A stretch of DNA of 64,000 nt, taken from assembly GCF_009914755.1 (NCBI RefSeq), contig NC_060941.1; one strand, given 5' to 3'. The position numbers and the translations under genes were made by a program. A model generated the notes under the pieces. That model had not been told where the DNA came from. It saw only the letters and a program-made list of their open reading frames with translations, and made no database searches. The DNA comes from the human T2T-CHM13v2.0 reference genome, Homo sapiens. Below are positions 45,899-62,546 of the stretch, in pieces; within the stretch, counting starts at the first letter, position 1; each line of letters begins with the position of its first letter.

Positions 45899-46531
45899 AA
45901 GAAGAAGAAGAAGAAGGAAAAGGAGGAGGAGGAGGAGAAGAAGAAGGAAAAGGAGGAGGAGAAGAAGAAGGAGGAGGAAGAGGAGGAGGGGAAGAAGAAG
46001 AAGAAGAAGAAGAAGAAGAAGAAGAAGAAGAAGAAGAAGAAGAAGAAGAAGAAGAAGGAGAAGGAGAAGGAGAAGGAGAAGGAGAAGGAGAAGAAGAAGA
46101 AGAAGAAGAAGAAGAAGAAGAAGAAGAAGAAGGAGAAGGAGAAGGAGAAGGAGAAGAAGAAGAAGAAGAAGAAGAAGAAGAAGAAGAAGAAGAAGAAGAA
46201 GAAGAAGAAGAAGGAGGAGGAGGAGGAGGAGGAGGAGAAGGAGAAGAAGAAGAAGAAGAAGGAAAAGGAGGAGGAGGAGAAGAAGAAGAAGGAGGAAGAG
46301 GAGGAGGGGAAGAAGAAGAAGAAGAAGAAGAAGAAGAAGAAGGAGGAGGAGGAGGAGGAGGAGGAGGAGAAGAAGCAGAAGCAGAAGCAGAAGAAGAAGA
46401 AGAAGAAGAAGAAGAAGAAGAAGGAGGAGGAGGAGGAGGGAAGGAAGGAAGGAAAAGGAAGAAGGAAGGAAGAAGGAAGAAGGAGGAGAAGAAGAAGAAG
46501 GAGGACAAGGAGGAGAAGAAAGAGGAGAAAA
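45899..46531 (+). repeat. Compound (GAA)n/(GGA)n/(GGAGAA)n polypurine tract
   Basis: No T in 633 nt and only four C (46376, 46382, 46388, 46506). Confidence 0.99.
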
Positions 46532-46749
46532 TAAAATAAGCCACACTGAAATTTCCTGATTAAAAAGAAATTTTTAACCATCTAAAAACTGGAAACCCCC
46601 ATGAGGTTGCTACAGTTTCTCTCCCTTTGTCTGGAAATGACAATATGAGCAGTGAGATCTAACAAAGTTCTCTGAAAAATACAGAAAAAAATTGTCAAGT
46701 CCTGAAATGCCCGCAGAATGCAGTCTAGGCCTTGAGCCTTCTGTGAGGG

Positions 46750-46793
46750 AAAGTAATTGCGGTTTTTCCCATTACTTCTACACCAACCTAATA
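46750..46793. mobile_element. MADE1 (Hsmar1-derived MITE) fragment
   Basis: AAAGTAATTGCGGTTTTTCCCATTACTTCTACACCAACCTAATA matches parts of the MADE1 consensus. Confidence 0.7.
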
Positions 46794-47868
46794 TATAGCT
46801 CCACATAATAACGTTTTACCTGGGGTTACTATTCTAGGCATTGAATAAATCAATTAAGAAAGGCTTTTCCCAAAATGGAGCCTGCGCGATGTTTGAATTT
46901 TGCTATCTCCTGCTTCACACTCTTGATCTTTCTTCGCGGTGGCAGCTCTGGTAACCCCCTTTCCTGCTGCCCACAGCCAGCTGTGTAGGAACGAGAGGGA
47001 CATGCTGCATGAAAAGGAGTCTGATTGCTGAGGAGCAGGGTCTGGGGAAACTAAGAGCAAACCACCTATACAGCCTGGAGGTAATGAGACCTGGGTTGTC
47101 CTTCTGTCTGCAAATTGGAATCAAAGTGATTATTTTTACTGTACCGTTGTTCTGCTAGATTTTAGCTGAAGCTTTATCAAAGCCTGGTTCATTTAAAACA
47201 GTGTTTCTAGGGGAAAAAAAATACATTCCAAATTCCAAACAACAAGGTTGCAAATGAAGGTGTGGGAAAGAGTCTCTTTTTAAAGTGGAGATGCCACATG
47301 TCTTTGTTAATTAACCAGAAGATTGGAGTCAGTATTCCTCGCTGCTTTCTCAATACCTTCAGTTCTTACTGAACTTGTCATTAACCCAAACATCCTGCTT
47401 TATTCCCATCAAAACTGTTTCCACGTTTGTTGTTCTTCGTCATCATGATCTTTGTGCAATGGATTTTTGAAACTAAAAATCTCAGGACTTCACTTTTGAC
47501 CCCATTGAATTTCATTTGGCTTGTTTTGATGCCTGGCTACCAGACTCTTCAGATCATTTTTAATTCTTATTGGTAATACTATCAATATTGGTTATCCTGT
47601 ATAACTGTTGATCATCAACACATTTCAGAAGCATTTCTTTTATGACTTCATCTAATTTTTTTTAAATTAAAGTGCTAAGTAGGACCATGGTAAAGTAGAA
47701 CTCAAATGATCTTCCCCTGAAGATGTTCCCTCACATTAACACCCTTCTATTAATAGCATTGAACAGTCAAAAAAGGTTTGTAAGATATGGCAGCCATCCT
47801 AAGCACAAGGGTAAAGAAGCTTGATATCTGCCTCAAATCCCTCCACCCTGTCATGGGTACCAACCAGG

Positions 47869-48741
<873 letters not shown>

Positions 48742-51700
48742 CAGGTATCACGCTAGAGCTTTATGAGTTAATACCAGACTGTTGATTGGTCCTCATCACA
48801 CCCTCAAATCAAGGCCTTATAAAAAGAAAATTTAGAATTATCACCTGTTTTAATTACATTTAGTGAAAATATCTATTTTGAGATATTAAATGATAATATA
48901 GAAATATTTATATTTCTCAAACATGAGCTTTAAAAAAAAAGTGTGAGAACTGCTGCTGAAGTGCCCAAGTCTCACCCTTCAAGCCTCTGGGTAGGTCAGC
49001 AGCCCCATTAATGAGATGTCTTTATCTCTCCTCCTCAGTGACACCGTGAGGCAAAGCTAAGCAAGTCAAAATCACTTAAGAGGCAGTTATTTCATCTCTG
49101 ACAATCAAATCTTGTTCTGGACAAAAGAGAACACTTTATACCATGAGGCATTTTATAGATAAGCTGCTGAGAACTCCCAGCACCCACAGTACAATCAGGT
49201 TCATCAGCTGACCTTTTATCTTCCCGTGTGACAAAGCAGGGACAGACCCTTCCCAAGGACACAATGTGATCATGAGCGGTCCAGTCCCACGAAGCCTGGT
49301 CTTCACTTCTTTTGCCACCAGCAGGGTGGTTGTATGGGGGGGTGGGGGGTGGGGGCAGGGGGAACAGGGATAGAGGCATGTAGGGCTTTGGGGGATTAGT
49401 CAGAGCCATCAGTCACCTAACACTTGAAGAGATCTTCTAAAGGAACAAGAGACAACGGAGTGGAAGGAGAACTATCTAGAGAAGAAAGGAAGATGGTAAT
49501 AGCTAACATTCCTTGAGTATCTACAACATGCCAGGTATGTTCTAGGCACTTCGCATGCCTTGTCTCAACCAAACAACAGCCTGATGGGGAAAAGGCACTA
49601 ATATCTCAATTTTACCTGTGGAGAAACTAGGGCAACAAAAAGTTAAGTCAAAAAGTCAGTATCAGATAGTTGGTAAACAGCAGAGATGGGATTTGAACCC
49701 AGATAATCTGGATCCAGACTCTGCCCTTGAATTCTCCGGCCTCCCCAAGTGTGGTGGTGTTGGAAGTGAGATAGAGCAGCCCCACTGTGCCAAGTTTTAA
49801 GTCTTTCTTCAAGGGCGTGCAATGGAAACACTACAAGAGAACGGCTTGCACCGAACACATTTTCAAAGTCCTTGAATAAAGGCTGTCTCTGCCCTTTTTC
49901 CTGGGCCCTACTCTCACCCTAAACCTCGGTATCTTCTGCCCCACCTGCTCCCACACGGTGGCTTCTCCCCCAACATCTCCAATGACAACTAGGTTGGCAA
50001 TATTTGGGATCCATTTGTTTTCGATTATACTACACGCACTCACACCTCCTCCTTGGTCATTTCGTAAGAGGTCTGGAGAGGTTTTGGAAAGCATTCATTC
50101 CTTCCACCTCATAGAACCTTCTCCTTCCCATTAAGAGTGGCCACCCCAAGGGTATATTCCACTAGGAGAGGGGCTGGGGCTTCCACTGTGAGAAGGAGGA
50201 GGGGGAGAAGAGGGAAAAGAGGGAAGAAAAATGGAAAAGGAGGAGGGGAGGAGGGGAGAACAGAGAGGAGGGGAGGAGGAGAGGTCGGGAGAGGAGGAAG
50301 GGGGAGGGGAGGTGGGGAAGGGGAGGAGGAAGAGGTTGTCTCCTCAAAGGAAGAGGCTTTTCCCATGGAAATGCACTGTGGCTGGTGCCCATTAGCATCC
50401 CTATGCATAATAAGGGTTCAGCCTATTGTCATGCAAATTAATTCAGATGACAACACTCTCTCCTCGACAACACTGCCCCAGCACAAGGAAGTTTCTCACA
50501 CTGTCTCAGCCAATACTAACCGGCCTCTACGCCATCTTTCATAATTATTTTTCTCCCCTTCACTCCTGCAAGGTTTGTTCTCAGCTACATCCCCCTTCAC
50601 TTCCCAGCTGCTGTTGGCTCCTTTTCATCCCGGAACAGTCAACATCATCGCCATAAACAAAATACAATGTTTTTTAAAAATGAATCAAAACCAGGGGAAA
50701 AGTTACATTTCAGATCAATGCTGAAAACGAAGAGTTTGACTAAACAGAGAAACCAAGTAATTTCCAGGCTTCCACGGAGCAGCGACTCCTCTGTTCCCTT
50801 TTCCCATTGTGGAAAGATTCCAAGCAGCATCTCTTCTCTCCGGCAAGCAGCATTCTCCTGTGGGTCACTCGGGCCCTGATAAGACAGATCCTCTGTGTTT
50901 GACTATAAAGCAGTGACTCATCCTTGCCATTGTTTGTCCTGCCGACCTCTTAGTCCTGGCCACTGACCAAGTATTCCTGCTTATCCACATCAGCAGGCTT
51001 AAGTTCAGCCACCAGGCCACTGCCACCGGCTGAGGCCAGTTTTTACCCTGAAGCGAGTCCTCTGTCAACTCTAACCCAAGAGCCAAGAGAAAGAGCAAAC
51101 AAGGGTGGCTTCAGACCAAGCCAGAAGGAGGTGACGGCAGAGCTACAGCTCATTCGTGCTGTAGGCGCAGCCTCTAAACCCTCTTTTCACCTCTCCACCC
51201 CATGGATATCCAGATACTTTGTCCCTAACCCTTTACTGGCCTGAGCATCTGATCCCTGCAGCCTAAAGTTAAGAGCTGGCACTCGCTCTCACTTCTGTAA
51301 CTATGCCTTCTTGTTCTGTACACAGCACACTAGACTAGTTTAAAGCACAGTTCCAGGTTCTGAAGATCGAGTTCAAATCCTGATTGTCTATTTTCTAGCT
51401 GCACAATCTTAGACAAGTTACTTACACTGTGTGCTTCAGTTTACTCATCTATAAAAAGGAGGTAACAATTGTTACACACCTCCCAAGGCTGTTATGATGA
51501 TTAAACACATAATACATTGAAAGTGCTGAAAACGATGTCTGGTATGCTGTAAGCATTTTAAATAAAATGTTAGCAAGGGTTATTAATTAATTTTCCCAGA
51601 CTTCACCTTTTTTTTTGGTTTATCTGACTTACTCCCCTTTCTAATTGAGCCAAGTTCACTCCTCTACTTATTGCTTCCAACCCTACTCCAGGCAGCCCCG

Positions 51701-52376
51701 TTCTGGTTTCTTTTGCTGTCCAAAATGTTTTGCAACAATAAAATGCATAATATCATGCAGCATTGCTAACACAGAAAGAATGTGACCCAGAGCCTACCCT
51801 TGTCCCAAACACCAAACTGGTCCCTGACAGTCCTGACATTTCTACCACACATTTGAGTAGATGAGGTAAGGAAAGACAGGGGCAGAGAAGGACACAGTAG
51901 AAATAAACTGCAGCTTACACATTATCTGAACAACAGAAAGGCTTTGTAGCCAGACAAATTATATGCAAATTATATGCAAATCTGAATGTAAATACTTTAG
52001 GCCCAGGGAGAAAATCCTTGAGGAGACATTCCCATTCCCTTCACCCTCACTTCCCAAGCTGCATTTTCTTTTCTGATTGGTTAGTCGGGAACTCATTATG
52101 AAGATTCCAAGGTGCATATAATTCTCTAAAGAAGTTCATTCTACCTGCTTGTCAGGGGTCAGAGGCTGAAGAGACCTCAGGAAGGCAACATTACTGCAGC
52201 TTACACCTCCAACCGAAGGGAGGGCTACGTCCATTCAACTCCAAGCCAAGACAAAGAGGAAACGGCCTGGATGGCTGTGGACTAGCTAAGAGCTAAAGAA
52301 AGGACAGACCCCCTCAGGGACCTTGGGCTGGGCTGGACAGGGTTACTTGCCTGGGGAGCTAGGTGGCACGTTTCTT

Positions 52377-52472
52377 TTCTTTTTTTTTTTTTTTATTATT
52401 ATTATACTTTAAGTTTTAGGGTACATGTGCACAATGTGCAGGTTTGTTACATATGTATACATGTGCCATGTT
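52377..52472 (-). mobile_element. Extremely 5'-truncated primate L1 (L1PA) 3' end
   Basis: T-tail + ATTATACTTTAAGTTTTAGGGTACATGTGCACAATGTGCAGG...; 15-bp TSD GGTGGCACGTTTCTT at 52362-52376 and 52473-52487. Confidence 0.95.
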
Positions 52473-53352
52473 GGTGGCACGTTTCTTAATTTTGGTTAGA
52501 GGACATGCACTTGCTGAAGCTCACTCTACCAGGATTTGCTCACATTGTTTTAGGTATTTGACCAAATTTGAAAGGACGCATACACTAATTTGCTTGGAGG
52601 TGGGAGCAGAAAGTGGAAAAGGGGGGAGAAAAACACAGCTACTTCATTCATTCATTCAACAGAAACTTCCTGGGGCTCTACTGAATGTTGGGCAGCACCC
52701 CCAGCCATTACGTAGGAGCTTTCATCTAAGCTTCTCAGAAGCTAAGCATTCCACACTGAGAAAACTCAGTCTCAGAGGGCACACCTTGCTGTAAGTTTAA
52801 TGCCAGCATAGTTGCTGAAAGAAAATCAGATCTATAACTACATTGCTGTCATGAGTGAGTGGTTATGGTTTACCTCTGCTTTCCTTGACCCTCCCATTGG
52901 AAATGTCCCCTGTTCCTTCCCTTCCGGGTGATGATCATGCCTTATATTTCACAGAGAAGATGGAAGCCATCCCCACTAAACCTACAGATGCAGCCCCACT
53001 TTAGTCATCTTCTCCTCCTCCTTCCCTGATGCTTCAGGGGAAAACAAGTCCCTTCTGCTATCAAAGACCAATTGCTCCAAATCCTCCCCAGGGACCTGCG
53101 GGCTCAGTTAGTCCTCTCTCCGGGGCACCTTCAAACTCCCTTTCACTTCTTGAGCCTTCTTGTCTGCATTCAAACAACAGGTCAATCAATATATTAAGTG
53201 GATTACCTGCATCATGCACTTAGATTAATGCTTGTTACATAGCAGGTGTGCCTAAGAGTTTCCTATAATCATTCTATGAAAAGCTGATCAATCTTACTAG
53301 TATCGGGAACAGGCATGAAACACCAATGAGATTTCATTTTTTTGTGCAAGAG

Positions 53353-53552
53353 CAGCACTGTCTGGCAGAACTTTCTGTGATGGCAGAAATGCTCTGTATG
53401 ATCATTGTTAATATGATCGCCTCTAGGGCAATGTGCAGTTATCAAACATTTGGAATTTGACTGGTATGGCTGGGGAGCTGAATTTTTTTATTTTATTTCA
53501 TTCTAATCAACTTATATAGCCATACATGCATAGTGCTTACTGTATTAGTTAG
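53353..53552. mobile_element. MER3-like hAT element
   Basis: CAGCACTGTC...AGAACTTTCTGTGATGG...GAGCTGAATTTTTTATTTTATTT...TAGCCATACATG...TACTGTATTAG. Confidence 0.65.
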
Positions 53553-53891
53553 GTAACACTGTTCCAAATATCTCGCAAAAACTTTAAAAAAATTGGCATT
53601 ACCCAGCATGGCAGAGAGTGTGGAAAGACAGGTGCCCCCATACACTAACAGTGGGTGAGTCAATAACTATGGTCCTTTGTAGGGCAACATGGCAATATTT
53701 GTCATTTCAAATATGCATTCTTCAAGTTCTCAGAATCTAGACTAAAATAAACTCATATAAGGGCACAAAAACTCATATAAGAGTAAGAAATTTGCAATTT
53801 GCACGTGTTTGTTTCCAATTTTTCCCTATTGCAAATTATTCAATAATGTATGCCTTTGCTTATCTGTAAACAGAAGATAATAACAGATAAT

Positions 53892-54182
53892 AGGCTGGGT
53901 GTGGTGGCTCACACCTGTAATCCCAGCACTTTGGGAGGCCAAGGCAGGGGATCCCTTGAACCCAGGAGTCCAAGACCAGCCTGAGCAACACAGGGAGACA
54001 TAGTCTCTACAAAAAATAAAAAAATTAGCCAGGTGTGGTGACATGTACCTGTAGTCCCAGCTACTCAGGAGACTGAGATGGGAGGATTGCTTGAGCCCAG
54101 AAGGTTGAAGCTGCAGTAAGCCATGATTGAGTCACTGCACTCTGGCCTGGGCAGCAGAGCAAGACCTTGTCAAAAAAAAAAA
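53892..54182 (+). mobile_element. Alu (AluJ-like)
   Basis: GGCTGGGTGTGGTGGCTCAC...GGAGGATTGCTTGAGCCCAG...A tail. Confidence 0.93.
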
Positions 54183-54183
54183 G

Positions 54184-54187
54184 TATA

Positions 54188-54219
<32 letters not shown>

Positions 54220-54245
54220 TGTGTGTGTATATATATACACACACA

Positions 54246-54291
<46 letters not shown>
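54184..54291. repeat. Compound TA/TG/CA microsatellite with a perfect palindromic core (54184-54281)
   Basis: (TA)2(TG)11(TA)4(TG)5(TA)5(CA)5(TA)4(CA)11(TA)7. Confidence 0.97.
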
Positions 54292-54387
54292 AAAAATAGA
54301 TAATAATCATGCCCAGGGTTATTGAGAAGACAGAAGTCAATTTATCTTAAATGCCTAACAGAAGTTCTAGAACAAAGGAGATGCTAA

Positions 54388-54702
<315 letters not shown>

Positions 54703-55979
54703 ACATGTGATAACTATTATTAATTAATAATAACAGTACTAGCATTGAAAACTCAGGATTGGGATCAAAGCCTTGTAACCCCATTCTTAAGGCTTCCTGG
54801 TTGTATGATTAGCAGAATTCAAGACGGACCTGCTGTCTCGGGGGAAGAAACCTTCAGAGGAGAATGTAATAGAGAGGTCTCAATCACAGGAGGGCATACT
54901 GCTCAGACTCCGTACTCAGTACTCTATCAGGGCAAAGGGTGCAGACCAGTGGTTCTCAACTATAGGGGATTTTGGACACAGACTGCCCAGATCTAACCCC
55001 AGCCCTTCCTCTCAGGAACTCTGCACCATGGGGAGTTACTCAGACTCTCTGGCCATAGCTTCTTCATCTGTAACATGGAAATGATGAAGATAATAAAGAG
55101 AGTGTGTCCCAAAGGGAAAGATTATATGGCTTAATATAAGCAAAATGCTTAACTTTTGTGTCAATTGCATAGCAGATGCTATAGCGGTGATGATCCCTGT
55201 TATTTGCCTAGGCCCATGGTATGGCCCAGACCAAAGTCGACCCCCTTTATACTTCAGTACTCGGTACTAAAATAAACCATGTGCTAAAATAAACCCCAGA
55301 GCTCAATTCATTTCTACTTAGAATCACTAGAGATGTGAAATTTCCAGAAACTACAAAATTTGAAACTATAAAAAATAACCATCACAAAAACTTTCATGTA
55401 TATGTGTCTGTGTGTGATGGAAGAGAGACTTTGTGAACTTTTATAATTACTCAGTGCTGCTTGTATACGGCACCCTTGAAAGTTTGAAATCCTTTGGAAG
55501 GATTAGAAGCACAGGCATGTTATAGAGACTTGATTTGTTTATTACCTTGCAGTGCTGGGCATGTTTTCAAACTAGAAATGGGTGAGGGGCGTGGGGCTGG
55601 AGAGTCACAGGCTGTGAGAGTGACTGCCATCAGGAATGACAGCATGGTGTCGGTCACTGTCAGTCAGGGATGAGTCAGGAATTGAGGTCCCATCCACATG
55701 CATCCTCAGCCTCGCTGCTTCTCCTTTAGCCCAAATGGCTCCTTCCAGATTCACATCCCACCCTCACACTCCCTCCATCTTTTCTCTTTCTCTGTGTGAT
55801 GGAAACAGAGTGAACACTGCAGTCCCACTGACCTGTGTTGAAATTCCAGATTTTTCCTTTGTGTCCTTGGGCAAGTTATTGAACTCCCCTGAGCCTGGCT
55901 TTCCTTACCCGTGGGGCTTGTTCTCAGCCAGCTCTCAGATCCCTGCTAAACTCTGAATGGCGGATAAAGAATTAGGCTT

Positions 55980-56990
<1,011 letters not shown>

Positions 56991-57242
56991 GTTGGAATTA
57001 CAGAAGGGAACCAAGACTTGGTTGAGAGGCTTGCTTCGTTTAATGGAAATAAACCTTGACCTCTTTTTCTAGTAGAGGTCACTGAATTCAGCCATGGACT
57101 TCAGTAGGGTTGTTCTTACGCCTCCTCCAGACGTGCGATAGCACAAAAAAAGAAACTGAGATCCTGGGATCATTTCCAAAAGCCTTTTTTCATTACCAAA
57201 ATGTGTCTTTCCTAGGCCAGTCTTCCATCATCTCTCTCTCTC

Positions 57243-57658
<416 letters not shown>

Positions 57659-59620
57659 TAGCTCCACCAGGAGAATGCAGAGACCCAAGAAACCACAACA
57701 CAAAGGGAAAAAGAAGAAACCGTGGGATCTAACCCATTTCCTTCCCACTTGTTACCTGGTTCTCATGTAACCCAGTCTTAAATGTCCAATGTCCCTGTTG
57801 CATGGTTTTTTTGAGGGCCTGAGCCCATTGAATTGTTTTCATTTCCCTAGATGCCCCCTTGTGCCATCAACAAAGACGGATGGTTGGACCCTCTGGCTAC
57901 CTTCCATACGACTTTATTTGCAAAATCCAGGAAAAAGGACTGGGCGTGGCATTAGAACCCCTTATCAATGTGGAGATGGGCGGGGAAGACTAACAGAGCG
58001 GAACAACGGAAGACAACCCTGAAGGCAGCTCTTCCATCAAATGAGTTCTGCTTTAGATTTCACAACTCACACAAAACATCACACTACGCCTGCCAATCGT
58101 CCCAGCAGGGGAGTGGGGGGGCCGTTGGTGGGGGAGAAAAAAGCAAAGGCATCATTCAAGCTGCCTGCCCTGAACCCATCATCCCCTGTGTGTGCGTGGA
58201 CTGTGCTGCTCTGTCCTCATAATTCACTTCCCCGAGGTGTCACGGTGTGAAGGGCCCAGGCATGCTTCCTCATGGTTTCCCTAATCCTCCCTTGTCAAGT
58301 AACATATGCATCACTCCCTCGGCCTCAACCCAGTCTTGGCAGATCCTCCACCAACATCTGTTGCCCGAGGCCTGCCTCATACAAGCTTCTCCTTCATCAA
58401 ATGACAAGACCAGTAGGTAAAACTCATCTCTTCCTTCCCTTTCTGCCAGCTCACAGCTTGGGGTCCCAAGGTCTAGCACTTCAGCGTCAAACAAGCACCA
58501 GTCAGGCCAAGAGGCGGAGGCGGCCCCAAGAGTGTATCGCCAGAGACATCTTCCTCCCCATCCCCCATCAGAAAGATGCCCTGCTGACCTCCTCAACAAC
58601 ATCAGTAATTTGTCTTGGAGAGCCGCCATACCTACAGCAAACACAGGAAGGATTAGAACACAACATATGCTGCACAGCAACAGAAACATGCTAAGGTCCT
58701 TCCTGAGTCTGAAGGATTATTGAGGGGGAGGAGAGAGAGAGACAGAAAGCAAGAAAGATGAATGTGGAATAAGAGAAACCCCATTTATTCATCCAATATT
58801 GAAAGGAAATGGATGCCTTAGAACTGGGTGTGTTGAAGTCAAATCCGATATGGGCTTTAAAGCCCATTGGTGACAGATGTGGACTTTCGCCAAGTCAACC
58901 ACAAAATAGGATCAAAGGAAGTTGAAAAACAACAACAACTGGGTCTCCCTGGCTAAAGTTTTTTGCTGCCCTTGGAATGTTGGCCCAGTGGACATCATCA
59001 GGAAGTGGAAGAAAGACTAGGAAGGGCTACATTTAAATAAGTTAGAAAAAAATAGAAAGATCCAGAAGCCAGTCTGATGCCTTGAGGATTTGGGGCATTC
59101 TCCTCGCGTAAAGAAGCAGAAAACACCAGCTAAGGTGGAGACTGATGTCTAGAACCAGTACTGCTCCTTAGAGAGGAAATCGCTTCACCTTATTCAAGAG
59201 AAACACATGTTGAGCCATAATCAGTGCATTTCACAGGCGAAAGGGACAGTAAAGTGTTGGGAGTCATAGGCCATATTATTTGGGTTCAAATACAAGTTCT
59301 GCCACTTTTTAGCTGTATGACCCTGGGAAACTTCTTAACTTCTCTGGGTTTTATTTTCTCATCTAAAAATAGGGTTGATAATAATAGTTGTCTTAAAGGG
59401 TTAGAAGGATAAAATATCCCCATATAATATGCTTAAAACAACGTCTGGCAAGGGTAAAAACTCAATAAATATTAGCAACTATTTTGATATTAATTTGTAA
59501 GAATAAATTTACCTCCTATAGAATGTCCACCTTGGGGCAGAGAAGATCAAAAGCACTGCGTGTGTATTCACAATTCTGAACTCAAAGAGTCTCTATCAAG
59601 TGACAGTAATTTGCAAATGA

Positions 59621-59951
<331 letters not shown>

Positions 59952-60836
59952 AAACATGTGCAAATTTCAAATTCCTCATTTCTCACCTCTAAAGCCAGAC
60001 TCGACAACCCATCCAGTGAGGGTTGAAGACGTAACTAAAACAACAACAACAAATGCCTTGAGAAGAAAGATATGCTTCAAACAGGGTTATCCATTTGCTA
60101 GTACTTTCTAGTTGGGGCCAAGTTCTAACTTGCTCTTTGGTCAACGAGGATAGTTAGCAACATCAGCCACTCTGTAATTACCTGGCTACCCTCACCACCA
60201 ATGGAATATCAACCCTTCTGTCCCTCCTCTTCCAAATCAGCTCTTCACTACTCTTTTTGCATAATCTAAAGATCTATATTTCTCAGGTCCTTTCAGCCAA
60301 GCTTTGTAGAGATCAATTCCCTGGTGTCAGGCTATAGCTATGTTAGAGGCCAGTGGGAAAAAGGATATGCTATCATCACTCATTCCAGGGAGAAGCCCCT
60401 TTATACAAGATACCTCATCCACTGGCAAATGTTCCTAGCTGTGGGAAGGAGAGCTGGAAGCTCAGACGAGATAAGAGGCTGCATGCCACCTCACCCACTG
60501 ACTATTCCTCTCTGGAGGAGCTCCCTGTGTAGAAGAAATTGATATCTCTCCATAGGAGCATCTCCAAGGCCAGCTGTGTATAGTCCAGGGTAACAACCAT
60601 AAAAGCTGGGATATGGGGATAGAATAAGTTTGCATGGAAATTTCTCATCTTAGAAAAAAATTAAACAGAGTTTACTTGAACAAATAAGGTAGTCTTCTGG
60701 TTTTTAGATCTATTCAAATAAAGCAACAAAAGATGTCTGTGACATGTATGACAAATACGTTTCATTGCATCTCAACAATCAACCCTGTTAGGCTTGTGGT
60801 AGGTTCCTGAAGGACTCCACTAAAATGGATTGTGAA

Positions 60837-61147
<311 letters not shown>

Positions 61148-62198
61148 TCAGCATGAAGCTGGCTGTGATTGATTATCAATGTCTGCCATGTGGGGGAGGA
61201 AGTTGACAGTGACTGATTAGCAATGAATGCCATAAGCTTGGCCTTGGATATGTGCCTTGAGTAGTATGAAATGAAATGTCTAGTTTTTACATGCAATCTT
61301 TCCAAGGAATCTTTGAACAGTTCCTAAAAATTCCTGGGCCTTCATTTTCATTGCCATTGAATATAGAAGGGAGAAGAGAAGGAAGAACTAATATTGGTTT
61401 ATTTTTAATGTTAGAACGAACTGGTGTCTGAAGTCAGTTTTGATTTACATATGTTAAAGCAGGTAGGGACAATCCCCTCTCCAAGTACTAGATCCAGTCC
61501 TAGACAAAGAGGAAAAAGCCGATTTCTACATTTGTAAAAGATTTCATTTTTTGTCTCCCTAAAATAATTTATCAATAAGATTGGCAGGGTGGGGTGAGGG
61601 GAAACAATATGAACTGTACTTGTTTACATTGATTGAAATAGATCAAAAAACCTCTCTCAATGTCCTGGATATTACTTTATCTCTCTTTGTCTTCCTTTTG
61701 GAAGTCTCTTTCTCCAACTTTCAGAGATATGCCAGAGGAAAAGAGATGAATATAATCCCAAATTATGGACTAGGGTTCCCTTTATGAGGAAAGTAAGGGA
61801 GAAAAGGGAGATTCCAGAAATACAAATGAACCAAAAAATTTGGAATTAAAGTTAAGTGGTATTGGCTTTACTTGGAGATAATTGTTTTTCCTAGTGTGTA
61901 TTTTAAGATTAACTTTTGCTGTCCTGATAAAAGAGACAGATAGAGCTACGGCTATTTATTTATTATTTCTTCTTCTTGCCTTGAATGCAGATGTGATGCC
62001 TGGAGCTGCAGAAGTTGTTTTGTGACCATGAGGCTACATCCATAAGGATGAAAAGCCAACAAGTTAAGCTAAGTTTAGAAAGAGTAGTAAGTTAAGAAAA
62101 GTGTAGAAAGGTAGAGGAAGCATGGACTTGTTGATCATCACTGAGCACGAAAACAACCCTGTACCACCAACCCCCAGACCTCCTTGTGAGGCAATTAA

Positions 62199-62546
<348 letters not shown>

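Noticed and set aside
45831-46581. Three 228-243 aa minus-strand ORFs (poly-S/P, poly-F, poly-L)
   Set aside because: Artefacts of the stop-free TTC/TCC repeat.
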